The notes under the pieces: generated by a model
Seen by the model: only the letters and a program-made list of their open reading frames with translations
Told to the model about the DNA's origin: nothing
The model's database searches: none
Position numbers and translations under genes: made by a program
NCBI GenBank assembly: GCA_036229005.1
Contig: JAZAMN010000022.1
Coordinates: forward strand, 6,572 to 70,571
Origin: Myxococcota bacterium
GTDB lineage: Bacteria; Myxococcota_A; UBA796; CAJQPC01
Reading direction: 5' to 3'
Length of the DNA stretch: 64,000 nt
Part shown: positions 43,530 through 53,942 of the stretch, piece after piece
Numbering within the stretch: the first letter of the stretch is position 1
Layout: every line of letters begins with the position of its first letter

Positions 43530-43634
43530 GTCCCGCGCACCTCTGCAACGCAGCACTGCCTATGGAAGCCCACCCTCAAACCCGTTAGGGACCGCTCCCG
43601 CCGCAGGCACGCAGCGGACCCGCCCGGAGGCACC

Positions 43635-44558
43635 ATGGCAGGCCGCAAGCCGCCTTGGCTCAAGGTCAAGTTCCCCTCAGGCGAGCGCCAGGCTCGCTTC
43701 GCGCGCATCAAGAGCCGGGCCCGCGAGCTCAAGCTCCACACCGTGTGCGAAGAGGCCCAGTGCCCCAACCAGGGCGAGTGCTGGGGCGGAGGCACCGCCA
43801 CCTTCATGGTGATGGGCGACATCTGCACCCGCGGCTGCCGCTTCTGCGCCGTGAACACCCGCCGCAACGGCCCCCCTCTGGACCCCGACGAGCCCGCCAA
43901 CGTCGCCTCCGCCATCGCCGAGATGCAGCTTGACTACGTGGTCCTCACCAGCGTCAACCGCGACGACCTGGACGACCAGGGCGCCGGGCACTTCGCCGCC
44001 TGCATCGAGGCCATCCACACGGCCGCCCCCGACACCATGGTCGAGGTCCTCACCCCCGACTTCCGGGGCCGCATGGACCTGGTGGATCTGGTGCTGAACG
44101 CGCGCCCCACCGTCTACGCGCACAACATCGAGACCATCGAGCGCCTGCAGCGCCCCGTGCGCGACCCCCGGGCCAACTACAAGCAGTCCATGGACGTGCT
44201 GGCCCGGGTCAAGGAGCACGATCCCCGGAACTTCTCCAAGTCCTCCATCCAGGTGGGCCTGGGCGAGAAGGAGGCCGAGGTCCTCCAGACCATGCAGGAT
44301 CTGCGCGACGTCGGGGTGGACTTCCTCACCCTGGGGCAGTACCTGCAGCCCACGCAGAAGCACCTCAAGGTCGACGAGTTCATCCCCCCACAGGTCTTTG
44401 ACTGGTACGCCGAGCGCGGCCGGGAGATGGGCTTCAAGTACGTGGCCTCCGGTCCCCTGGTCCGGTCCAGCTACAAGGCGGGCGAGTTCTTCATCCGCGA
44501 GTTCATCGAAAAGCAGCAGCAGGACCCCACCGCATGGCAGAAGCCGCTGGCGCGCTGA
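43635..44558 (+). CDS. lipA: lipoyl synthase
   Basis: CEEAQCPNQGECW and radical-SAM CTRGCRFCAV motifs. 307 aa. Confidence 0.93.
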   Translation: MAGRKPPWLKVKFPSGERQARFARIKSRARELKLHTVCEEAQCPNQGECWGGGTATFMVMGDICTRGCRFCAVNTRRNGPPLDPDEPANVASAIAEMQLDYVVLTSVNRDDLDDQGAGHFAACIEAIHTAAPDTMVEVLTPDFRGRMDLVDLVLNARPTVYAHNIETIERLQRPVRDPRANYKQSMDVLARVKEHDPRNFSKSSIQVGLGEKEAEVLQTMQDLRDVGVDFLTLGQYLQPTQKHLKVDEFIPPQVFDWYAERGREMGFKYVASGPLVRSSYKAGEFFIREFIEKQQQDPTAWQKPLAR

Positions 44559-45427
44559 GCGTCGCCGACTCCATCCGTCAGACCCTCCACGCGGCCATGA
44601 CCGCCGACCCCAGCGTGCTGGTGTTGGGCGAGTCCGTGGGCGCTCTGGGCGGCGTCTTCCGCACCACCACCGGGCTTCAGGCCGAGTTTGGGGAGCAGCG
44701 GGTCGTGCAGACCCCTCTCTCCGAGTCTGCAACCCTCGGGCTGGCCCTGGGCCTCGCCATGGGCGGAAAGCGTCCCGTCGTCGAGGTCGTCACGGGCGCC
44801 GCCGCGGCCTTCTCCCAGCTCGGTGAGCTCGCGACCCTCCACGGGGCCGAGTTCCCCCTCCCCGTCGTCCTGCGCGTGCCCCTGGGCGCCCTGCCCGGCG
44901 GCGGCCACACGGTCGACATGGTCGGCACCCTGGTCGGCATGCCCGGCATCCAGGTCCTGGCCCCCAGCCACCCTGCCGACGCCGCGGCCATGCTCCAGCA
45001 GGCCCTGGACTCCCAGCGCCCCACCGTGCTCATCGAGTCCATCCCCTGCTACGCGGAGCGGGCGAGCAAGCCGGCTGGTGCCCCCGGAAAGGCCGTGGTG
45101 CACCGCTCTGGCCGGGACCTCACCCTGCTCAGCTTCGGCGCCGCCGTCTCCACCTGCGAGGACATCGCGGCCAGCTCCGAGCACGATCTGGGCGTGGTCG
45201 ACCTCCGCAGCCTGAGCCCCCTGGACACCGAGACCCTGGCCGCCGAGCTCCGCCGCTCCGGCCGGGCCATCCTGGTGCACCCCAGCCTGGTGGACGACAC
45301 CCTGTCCCGGAACCTCCTGGCCCAGGTCACCCAGGCCGCCTTCCTCTACCTGGAGTCGCCCCCGACGGCCGTCACCGCGGATCCCGCGGCGCTGTCCCAG
45401 GCCATCTCCGCATCCCTGCGTTTCTAA
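44534..45427 (+). CDS. divergent 2-oxoacid dehydrogenase E1 beta-subunit-like protein
   Basis: Collinear with E1-beta/transketolase Pyr and C-terminal domains (VLGESVGALGGVFRTTTGLQAEFGEQRVVQTPLSE; PGIQVLAPSHPADAAAML; DLRSLSPLD), but several normally conserved segments are altered or shortened. The annotated ATG overlaps lipA by 25 nt, so the start is uncertain. Confidence 0.7.
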   Translation: MAEAAGALSVADSIRQTLHAAMTADPSVLVLGESVGALGGVFRTTTGLQAEFGEQRVVQTPLSESATLGLALGLAMGGKRPVVEVVTGAAAAFSQLGELATLHGAEFPLPVVLRVPLGALPGGGHTVDMVGTLVGMPGIQVLAPSHPADAAAMLQQALDSQRPTVLIESIPCYAERASKPAGAPGKAVVHRSGRDLTLLSFGAAVSTCEDIAASSEHDLGVVDLRSLSPLDTETLAAELRRSGRAILVHPSLVDDTLSRNLLAQVTQAAFLYLESPPTAVTADPAALSQAISASLRF

Positions 45428-45436
45428 GGAGTCTGC

Positions 45437-46699
45437 GTGTACACCTTCGAGCTTCCTGAGATCGGCGAAGGCGTCGTCGAGGGCGAGATCGTCCAGTGGC
45501 TGGTGCAGCCCGGCGACGTGATCGCCGTGGACCAGCCCGTCTGCGAGATCATGACCGACAAGGCCACCGTCGAGATCTCCTCGCCGGTGGGCGGCCGCAT
45601 CCAGAGCCTCCACGGGGAGCCCGGTGATGTGGTGAAGGTCCACACCCCGCTGGCCGAGATCGACGACGGCGCCGCTGGAGCCGCCCCCGCAGCCCCTGCG
45701 CCCGCCCCGGCCCCCAAGGCGGCTGCCCCCGCTCCCGCAGCCCCCGCGCCCAAGGCCGCCCCGGCTCCTGCAGCGCAGGCTACCGCTCCCGCGGCCCCCG
45801 CCCCCACCTCCACCGGCAAGTCCGTCGCCACCCCCGCCGTGCGTCGCCGGGCCCGCGAGATGGGCGTGGACCTGGCCCAGGTCCCCGGCTCCGGCAAGGG
45901 TGGCCGCGTCCTGCACCAGGACCTGGACGGCTTCAACGCCGGCGCCGAGGCCGTCGCTCCCGTGGCCTTGCCCCAGTCCAAGGCCGTCGCAACCGGCGCC
46001 GAAGAGCACATCAAGATCATCGGCCTGCGCCGCAAGATCGCCGAGCAGATGGTGCGCGCCAAGCAGACCGCCCCCCACTTCACCTACGTCGAGGAGATCG
46101 ACGTCACGGAGCTGTGGGCCCTGCGCAAGAAGCTCAAGGGCAAGGCCGCCGAGCGCGGCGTGAAGCTCACCTTCCTGCCCTTCTTCATGAAGGCCCTCAC
46201 CCAGGTGTTCAAGGAATTCCCCAACCTGAACGCCAACGTGATCGAGGACCCCTTCACCCTGGTGGTCAAGGGCGACGTCAACATCGGCATCGCCACCGAC
46301 ACCCCCCAGGGTCTGTTCGTGCCCGTCGTGCACAACGTCGAGCAGAAGAGCATCCTGGAGATCGCCGCCGAGCTGGGCGCGCTGACCGAGCGCGTGCGCA
46401 ACGGCAAGGGCACCCAGGCCGACTTCTCCGGCGGCACCTTCACCATCACCTCCGTCGGCAACATCGGCGGCGTGCTGGCCACCCCCATCCTGAACATCCC
46501 GGAGGTCGCCATCCTGGGCGTCAACCAGATCAAGGATCGGGCCGTGGTGATCGACGGTGAGATCAAGGTCCGCAAGATGGTCTACTTCTCGCCCAGCTTC
46601 GACCACCGCATCATCGACGGCGCCGTGGCGGCCCGCTTCACCTCGGCCCTCAAGGCCCTGCTGGAGAGCCCCGAGTCCATGCTGCTGGAGCTGGTCTGA
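45437..46699 (+). CDS. dihydrolipoamide acyltransferase (E2)
   Basis: Lipoyl domain (EIMTDKATVEISSP), Ala/Pro linker, E3-binding domain (ATPAVRRRAREMGVDLAQVPGSG) and catalytic domain with SFDHRIIDG. Confidence 0.92.
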   Translation: MYTFELPEIGEGVVEGEIVQWLVQPGDVIAVDQPVCEIMTDKATVEISSPVGGRIQSLHGEPGDVVKVHTPLAEIDDGAAGAAPAAPAPAPAPKAAAPAPAAPAPKAAPAPAAQATAPAAPAPTSTGKSVATPAVRRRAREMGVDLAQVPGSGKGGRVLHQDLDGFNAGAEAVAPVALPQSKAVATGAEEHIKIIGLRRKIAEQMVRAKQTAPHFTYVEEIDVTELWALRKKLKGKAAERGVKLTFLPFFMKALTQVFKEFPNLNANVIEDPFTLVVKGDVNIGIATDTPQGLFVPVVHNVEQKSILEIAAELGALTERVRNGKGTQADFSGGTFTITSVGNIGGVLATPILNIPEVAILGVNQIKDRAVVIDGEIKVRKMVYFSPSFDHRIIDGAVAARFTSALKALLESPESMLLELV

Positions 46700-47382
46700 T
46701 GAGCATGCGCCAGGCCCTCAGTCAGGTCCGCGATGCTGGCCAGGCCCTCGCCGAGACCGGCGCGCTGGCCACCCCGGTCCAGGGCCTGGAGGCCGTCATC
46801 GTGGGCGGCTTCTCCGGCATGTCCTCCAAGGACTGGATCGTGCCGGGCCTGCGCGAGCGCGCTGGCGCCGTCCTGCGCGGCTGCTCCGTCGAGCGCCTCC
46901 AGGCCCCCCACGCCGGCGCCCGCCCCTACCGCATCGCCCCGGTGTCCGCCGACCCCGCCGCCCGCATGCTGCACGCCTGCGGCCTGGCCATGGCCATGCG
47001 CGACCAGGACCTCTCGGTCCTCTGCTTCGTCGGCCAGGGCAGCGCCTCCTACGGCGCCTTCCACGAGGCCATGAACATGGCCGTCCTGCACCGCCTGCCC
47101 GTGGTCTTCCTGGCCCACCACTGGGACCTGGACGACCCCGAGAGCCCCCTGAGCCCCCAGGTCGCCGGGTCCATGCAGGGCCTCGCCCTGGCTCACGGAC
47201 TGCGCCCCCACTCGGTGGACGGCGGCCTCGTGACCGAGGTGCTCAGCGCCGTCGCCGAGGCCCGCGCCCACAGCGGCCCCTCCTTCATCGAGGCCCGCTT
47301 GCTCCGCGGCGAGGACCCCCTGCGCCGCGCCTACGACGAGCTCACCGAGAACGAGCCCGCCGCCTCCAACCAGCTTTCCTGA
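46699..47382 (+). CDS. short, degenerate E1 alpha-subunit-like protein (TPP-motif ligands substituted)
   Basis: 227 aa, aligning with the C-terminal two-thirds of E1-alpha. The TPP motif GDG-X27-NN reads GQGSASYGAFHEAMNMAVLHRLPVVFLAHH (D->Q, NN->HH). SVDGG...GPSFIEA is conserved. The start shares a base with the E2 stop. Confidence 0.65.
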   Translation: MSMRQALSQVRDAGQALAETGALATPVQGLEAVIVGGFSGMSSKDWIVPGLRERAGAVLRGCSVERLQAPHAGARPYRIAPVSADPAARMLHACGLAMAMRDQDLSVLCFVGQGSASYGAFHEAMNMAVLHRLPVVFLAHHWDLDDPESPLSPQVAGSMQGLALAHGLRPHSVDGGLVTEVLSAVAEARAHSGPSFIEARLLRGEDPLRRAYDELTENEPAASNQLS

Positions 47383-47415
47383 ATCCCCCCCGAAATTCGC
47401 CCAACGGAGTTCCTC

Positions 47416-48836
<1,421 letters not shown>

Positions 48837-48840
<4 letters not shown>

Positions 48841-49451
48841 TCGCAGAGACCGATGGCGCCCGCGGGCGCTTCATCGTCATCGAGGGCCTGGACGGCAGCG
48901 GCGGCACCACCCAGGTGCGGCTGCTGTCCCAGGCCCTCGCCGCGACGGCCACACGCGAGCCCACCGATGGCCCCATCGGCAAGCTCATCCGGCAGTCTCT
49001 GGCCGAGCCCATGCTCCTGGGCGACGGGGTGCTCCCCTACCTGTTCGCGGCGGACCGCAAGGACCACCTCGAGCGCCTCATCGAGCCCAAGCTCGCCGCC
49101 GGCGTGGACGTGGTCAGCGACCGCTACCTGCACAGCTCCCTGGCCTACCAGTCCCTGGCCATGCCCTTCGAGCAGGTATTCGCCTTGAACGCCGACTTTC
49201 GAGCGCCAGACCTCTGCGTGATGCTGGAGCTCCCCGTGGCCCAGTGCCTGGAGCGCATCGAGGCCCGCGGCCAGGCCCGCGACCGCTTCGAGACCGAGAA
49301 GCAGCTCGTCGCCATCTCCGAGCAGTACGAGCGCGTGCTGGCCCACCTGGAGGCCCGCGGCGATCGCATCCTGCGCTTGGACGCCAGCCAGAGCATCAAG
49401 GCCCTGCACAAGCAGATCCTGGACGCCGTCCAGTCTCTCAAGGGGGGCTGA
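48837..49451 (+). CDS. thymidylate-kinase-like protein with a non-canonical P-loop (GLDGSGGTT, Lys->Gly)
   Basis: Tmk-fold pattern FIVIEGLDGSGGTTQ, SDRYLHSSLAYQ (DRY motif) and a LID-like ARGQARDRFE. The GTG overlaps the lpd stop (GTGA). Confidence 0.75.
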
Positions 49452-49454
49452 GCG

Positions 49455-50072
49455 GTGCGCGTGGTGGACCTGGGTCGGCAGCCCTACCGTCAGACATGGG
49501 AGCTGCAGAAGCAGGTTCTCGCGGAGCGCATCCAGGGCGCCGGCGAGGACACCCTGCTGCTGGTCGAGCACGAGCCCGTGTTCACCCTGGGCCGCGCCCG
49601 CTCCAGCCTGCAGCACGTGTTGGATCCCGGGGACGCCGAGGTCATCCAGATCGAGCGCGGCGGCGACGTCACCTGGCACGGCCCCGGCCAGCTCGTGGTC
49701 TACCCCATCGTGGCCCTGCCCCCGGGCCGCCAGGACCTGCACCGGCACCTGAGCGATCTGGAGCAGGCCGTCATCGACACCTGCGCGGACTTTGGCCTGG
49801 AGACCGGCCGCAACGAGCGGAACACCGGGGTGTGGGTCGGCGACCGCAAGCTCGCCAGCATCGGGATCCACTGCCGCCGCTGGGTGACCTGGCACGGGCT
49901 GGCCCTGAACGTGGCCCCGGACATGGCCTGGTTCGACCGCATCGTGGCCTGCGGGCTGGAGGGCGTACGCATGACCTCGCTGGCGGAGCAGTTGTCGTCG
50001 GGGTGTCCGGACATGCATCAGGTCAAGGGGTGCATCGTGACGCACCTGCAGCGCCTGCTCCCCTCTCCTTGA
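49455..50072 (+). CDS. lipB: lipoyl(octanoyl) transferase
   Basis: VEHEPVFTLG, RGGDVTWHGPGQLVVYPI and KLASIGI...TWHGLALNV motifs. Confidence 0.92.
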   Translation: MRVVDLGRQPYRQTWELQKQVLAERIQGAGEDTLLLVEHEPVFTLGRARSSLQHVLDPGDAEVIQIERGGDVTWHGPGQLVVYPIVALPPGRQDLHRHLSDLEQAVIDTCADFGLETGRNERNTGVWVGDRKLASIGIHCRRWVTWHGLALNVAPDMAWFDRIVACGLEGVRMTSLAEQLSSGCPDMHQVKGCIVTHLQRLLPSP

Positions 50073-50120
50073 CTGGGCCTCTCAGGGGGCTATTTCTGGC
50101 CCCCCGCAGGAGACCCTCAG

Positions 50121-51455
50121 ATGCTGGACCCCAAGTTCGTCGAGAACAACCCGGAGCAGGTTCGCGCCGCTCTGGAGCGCCGCAACGCCACCGAGAAGCA
50201 GCTCGCCGCCTTCGAGGCTGTCGCTGAGCTCAACGAGCGCCGCCGGTCCCTGATCCAGAAGGCGGAAGAGGGCCGCGCCACCCGCAACCAGCTCAGCCCC
50301 CAGATCGGGCAGCTCATGAAGGCCGGCAAGCGGGACGAGGCCACCGCCCTCAAGGCCCAGGTCAAGGAGGCCAGCGAGGCCACCAAGGCCGCCGAGGAGG
50401 CTCTGGAGGCCCTGGAGACCGAGCGCACCCAGCACCTGCTGGAGATCCCCAACCTGGTCGACGCGCGGGTCCCCGCCGGCAAGGGCGAGGAGGACAACGA
50501 GCAGGTGCGCACCTGGGGCACCCCCCGCGAGCTGGACTTCGAGGCCAAGACCCACGACCAGCTCGGCGAGGAGCTGGACATCCTGGACTTCGAGCGGGCC
50601 AGCAAGCTCTCGGGCACGCGCTTCGCGGTCTACAAGGGCCTGGGCGCCCGCCTGGAGCGCGCCCTGGTCAACTTCTTCCTGGACATGCACACCCGGGACC
50701 ACGGCTACACCGAGCTGATGGTGCCCTACATGGTGCGCAGCTCGGCGCTCTACGGCACCGGCCAGCTCCCCAAGTTCGAGGAGGACCTCTTCAAGCTCAA
50801 GCAGCAGCTCGCGGGTGAGGACGCCTACCTGATCCCCACCGCCGAGGTCCCTGTGACCAACCTCCACCGCGAGGAGATCCTGGAGGAGGAGGAGCTGCCC
50901 AAGGCCTACGTCGCGTTCACCCCCTGCTTCCGCTCGGAGGCCGGCAGCTACGGCCGCGACACCAAGGGCCTGATCCGCCAGCACCAGTTCCACAAGGTCG
51001 AGCTGGTGCGGGTCAGCAGCGCAGAAGACAGCGACGCCCAGCACGAGCTGCTCACCCAGCACGCCGAGGCTTGTCTGCAGGCCCTGGGGCTGCCCTACCG
51101 CGTGATGCGGCTCTGCGGCGGCGACATCAGCTTCAACGCCCGCCACTGCTACGACCTGGAGGTCTGGCTGCCCGGTCAGAAGGCCTACCGGGAGATCAGC
51201 AGCTGCTCCACCTTCGGCGACTTCCAGGCGCGCCGGATGGGCCTGCGATACCGGCCCGCGCCGGTCCAGGACGCCAAGGGCAAGCTCAAGAAGCAGAAGC
51301 CCCAGCTTGCTCACACGATCAACGGATCGGGTCTGGCGGTTGGCCGCACCGTGGTGGCGATCCTTGAGAATTATCAGCAGCCTGACGGCACAATCGCGAT
51401 CCCGGATGCACTTCAGAGCTACATGGGCCTTGCCACCATCCCTGCACCCCATTAA
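50121..51455 (+). CDS. serS: seryl-tRNA synthetase
   Basis: N-terminal coiled-coil arm. Class II motifs ([25 protein letters not shown]; [18 protein letters not shown]). Confidence 0.95.
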   Translation: MLDPKFVENNPEQVRAALERRNATEKQLAAFEAVAELNERRRSLIQKAEEGRATRNQLSPQIGQLMKAGKRDEATALKAQVKEASEATKAAEEALEALETERTQHLLEIPNLVDARVPAGKGEEDNEQVRTWGTPRELDFEAKTHDQLGEELDILDFERASKLSGTRFAVYKGLGARLERALVNFFLDMHTRDHGYTELMVPYMVRSSALYGTGQLPKFEEDLFKLKQQLAGEDAYLIPTAEVPVTNLHREEILEEEELPKAYVAFTPCFRSEAGSYGRDTKGLIRQHQFHKVELVRVSSAEDSDAQHELLTQHAEACLQALGLPYRVMRLCGGDISFNARHCYDLEVWLPGQKAYREISSCSTFGDFQARRMGLRYRPAPVQDAKGKLKKQKPQLAHTINGSGLAVGRTVVAILENYQQPDGTIAIPDALQSYMGLATIPAPH

Positions 51456-51474
51456 AAGGCTGGGGCCTCGCCGA

Positions 51475-51559
51475 GGAGGTGTGGCCGAGCGGTTGAAGGC
51501 ACCGGTCTTGAAAACCGGCAACCCTTCGGGGTTCGTGGGTTCGAATCCCACCGCCTCCG
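51475..51559 (+). tRNA. tRNA-Ser (anticodon UGA)
   Basis: GGAGGTG acceptor pairs with CGCCTCC. Anticodon arm CCGGT-CTTGAAA-ACCGG. Long variable arm. T-arm GTGGG-TTCGAAT-CCCAC. 85 nt, with no encoded CCA. Confidence 0.9.
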
Positions 51560-51615
51560 CTTCCCCCGTCTCGGGGACCAAGATCTTTTAAAGCGCTGAC
51601 TGCAGATGCCTGTTT

Positions 51616-51708
51616 GGAGGCGTGACCGAGTGGCTGAAGGTGCTTGATTGCTAATCAAGTGTACGGTCAAAAGCTGTACCGAGGGTTCGAATCCCTCCGC
51701 CTCCGCCA
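51616..51708 (+). tRNA. tRNA-Ser (anticodon GCU), CCA encoded
   Basis: GGAGGCG acceptor. Anticodon arm CTTGA-TTGCTAA-TCAAG. Long variable arm. T-arm GAGGG-TTCGAAT-CCCTC, then CGCCTCC-G-CCA. Confidence 0.9.
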
Positions 51709-51757
51709 CCTTGGCTCCAACCGGTTATACCGGCTTCCGCATCGCAGAAGGCCATAC

Positions 51758-51831
51758 GCACCCATAGCTCAATTGGATAGAGCGTCGGACTACGGATCCG
51801 AAGGTTAGGGGTTCGACTCCTCTTGGGTGTA
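51758..51831 (+). tRNA. tRNA-Arg (anticodon ACG)
   Basis: GCACCCA acceptor. D-arm GCTC-AATTGGATA-GAGC. Anticodon arm TCGGA-CTACGGA-TCCGA. T-arm AGGGG-TTCGACT-CCTCT. The 3' acceptor strand TGGGTGT gives a G1-U72 wobble. Confidence 0.85.
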
Positions 51832-51835
51832 CTTC

Positions 51836-51875
51836 AAAACCCCCTGGCAGAAATGCCAGGGGGTTTTTTCTTTTT
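51836..51875 (+). terminator. rho-independent terminator after the tRNA cluster
   Basis: 14-bp stem AAAACCCCCTGGCA / TGCCAGGGGGTTTT, GAAA loop, then a TTTTTTCTTTTT tail. Confidence 0.9.
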
Positions 51876-52107
51876 GGGGTTTGGGATCCGGGGGATGGGA
51901 TTCGTTCTGCGAAAGGCCCGGTACTCGCTTTGGGGATTCAGGCTGCACGGGCTTCCGGGCGTCGTCTGACCGCACCCGGCCCCACGGGTCTGTGGGGCCG
52001 CTCTGCGGCTACTCGTGCGTTGGCCGCCAGTTCCCCTTGCGCTGTCCGGACAGCCGGGCACAAGGTCCTTTGCAAGAGTCAATCCCGCGTGCCCCCAGCC
52101 ACAGCAC

Positions 52108-52647
52108 TCAGAGTCGCTTCCGGACCTCCATCAGCGCGAACCCCAACAGATTCAGCCCCTTCCACAGCCGGGGATTGTCAGCCCCCTCCGCGGATCTCTC
52201 CAGCCCGATGCCCCAAATCCGGTCTTGCGGGCTGGCTTCCACCAACACCCGGGTTTGGGTATTCCGCAAGAACTCGCCGAGCTCCGGGTTCTGCTTGAAC
52301 TTGGCCTCGTTCCCCCGGACAACGATGTCGAACCTGGCGCGCCGCCAAGCCTCCTCGTTGAACCCGCGAACCTCTCGCCCGAGCCGCTTGGCCGCACCAG
52401 GGCTCCGCGCCTCCACGATGCGCGCGGCCATGCTCTCGTCCGAGAACAGCCTTGCCTTCTCGGCCATCATGAAGTGCTCCGCCGTCCGGTAGTGCACCCC
52501 GTCAACAACGAAGGGAGCCCCGTACCATTGGCTGAGACACTCGGCCCCGACACTGTCCCGCGTGCTCGTGTGCCCCCAGAAGAACAAGTACTTGACGTGC
52601 TCGCCCTTCGATACGGCGGCCACCAGCTCTTCAACAGTCCCGTACAT
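52108..52647 (-). CDS. NADAR (YbiA/DUF1768) family protein
   Basis: YLFFWGH...LSQWY...F..DG..Y.TAEH.MMAEKA..F and PQDRIWGIG patterns typical of NADAR/YbiA. ATG 52647; the track ORF has a spurious extension to 52791. Confidence 0.8.
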   Translation of the reverse strand: MYGTVEELVAAVSKGEHVKYLFFWGHTSTRDSVGAECLSQWYGAPFVVDGVHYRTAEHFMMAEKARLFSDESMAARIVEARSPGAAKRLGREVRGFNEEAWRRARFDIVVRGNEAKFKQNPELGEFLRNTQTRVLVEASPQDRIWGIGLERSAEGADNPRLWKGLNLLGFALMEVRKRL

Positions 52648-53511
52648 ATGCCAACCCACCCGATGCGATTCACGTCTCGAGCATAGCGGGTTCCCGAAGA
52701 CAGCGCTCCTGCCCTGCTGTTGACCAGCCAAGGCCCGCACTTCTGATGTTCTCCCCGCTTTGGCTGCAAGGGGCGGGGAACCGGCGGCCAACGCTCGGCC
52801 CTGAAGGGCCGGCCCTCCACCGGGTCCAACTCACCGCCTTCAACCGACACCCGGGCGCCGCAGTCATCCTGCCCTTGCCCCGGCCCGCCGGCCACCACTC
52901 GCTCGCACAACAAGCCCTCCCCTTCGTCCGGCACCCCGGCTCGGTTCGTGCTCCCGCCCTCCGGCTTCCGGCCCTCACCTGGTCGGCAGGGGGCCGGGCG
53001 CCTCCGCTGCGCTTCGGCACGTCGCATACCGCAAAACGCTGGTCGAAAACGCCCCGCCCACGAGCACCGGCCACCTCCACGCGGAGAGATTCTCGACCCA
53101 CCACGCGGTGCAAAGCACTCCCCTCGCTTTTCCACCCAAGTCACACCGCCTCGTGCTCCGGTCACCTTTCGGCGTGGAATGGGTGGGCGCAACTCGGGCA
53201 CCCACTCACTGTGCGGCGCTGAACCCGCCAGTTTGGCGGGCGCAGCGCCTCGCCGGAGCGGGCCATTCGCAGAACGGGCGGTAAACGCCATTGGACCGCG
53301 ACGACCGGTTCTCGGGCCTCCAGCCCCGGAAGCTCTGGAAGCGGCCCAACGGCGTCTACCGCTGGACGGTCCCCGCGTTGCGTCTATGCTCAGCCAAACG
53401 CCGCAAGCGCCCGCGCCATCGGCCTCCTTGGGGCGAAACTGCGGTGTCTTTTCTGCGCAGTGTTTCTTTGGCGCGCTGCCTCTTCCCCGGAGTGTCCCCT
53501 CCGCGCGCCTC

Positions 53512-53919
53512 TCAGTCCCAGAGCGCCCAGACCGTCGGAACGCCAGCGCCGACAGCCTCCTCCGCGAAGCCCCGCAGCGCCTCCAGCGCAGCAACATCCA
53601 CCAGCGGCCCCTGCTCCACGCCAAGGAAGCACCGTACGGTCGAGAGCAGCTCCAGCGCGGGTCTCTCGACCTCGCCGCCTGCGTCCTCCCAGCCACGGCA
53701 TTCGTTGGCTTCTCGGATCAGCCCGGGAAGCTCCGGGTAGGTCCCCGCCTTGAAGGCCTGTTGAACCACCGGGCCCGAGGCGAAGGCGAAGACCTCCCGA
53801 TTCATCTCGAAGACCACCTCTTCCCCGCCAGGGTGGTGGAAGCGGAAGCGTATCGAGCCGCCGCACAGGGCCCCGCAGACGGGGCAGGGCTCGGTGTGGT
53901 CAAGGCGTCGGAGCTTCAT
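53512..53919 (-). CDS. hypothetical protein with an N-terminal CPVC..C Zn-ribbon-like motif, last gene of the csoR operon
   Basis: GGGAGGGGGG precedes ATG 53919, 23 nt after the permease stop. 135 aa with protein-like composition (MKLRRLDHTEPCPVCGALCGGSIRF...). Confidence 0.55.
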   Translation of the reverse strand: MKLRRLDHTEPCPVCGALCGGSIRFRFHHPGGEEVVFEMNREVFAFASGPVVQQAFKAGTYPELPGLIREANECRGWEDAGGEVERPALELLSTVRCFLGVEQGPLVDVAALEALRGFAEEAVGAGVPTVWALWD

Positions 53920-53942
53920 GTCCCCCCTCCCGGTCGTGGGCT

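Noticed and set aside
39495-43556. 1353-aa minus-strand ORF antisense to the FG-GAP/Cys-repeat gene
   Set aside because: V/A/G/R-rich junk that mirrors the sense-strand Asp/Cys repeats. It has no start context and no motifs.
52467-53696. 409-aa minus-strand ORF (and overlapping plus-strand ORFs 52746..53222 and 52948..54378) in the gap upstream of NADAR
   Set aside because: All translate to Arg/Gly/Pro/Ser/Ala-rich sequence without hydrophobic cores or motifs. I treat the region as non-coding or decayed (see the finding) rather than as a gene.
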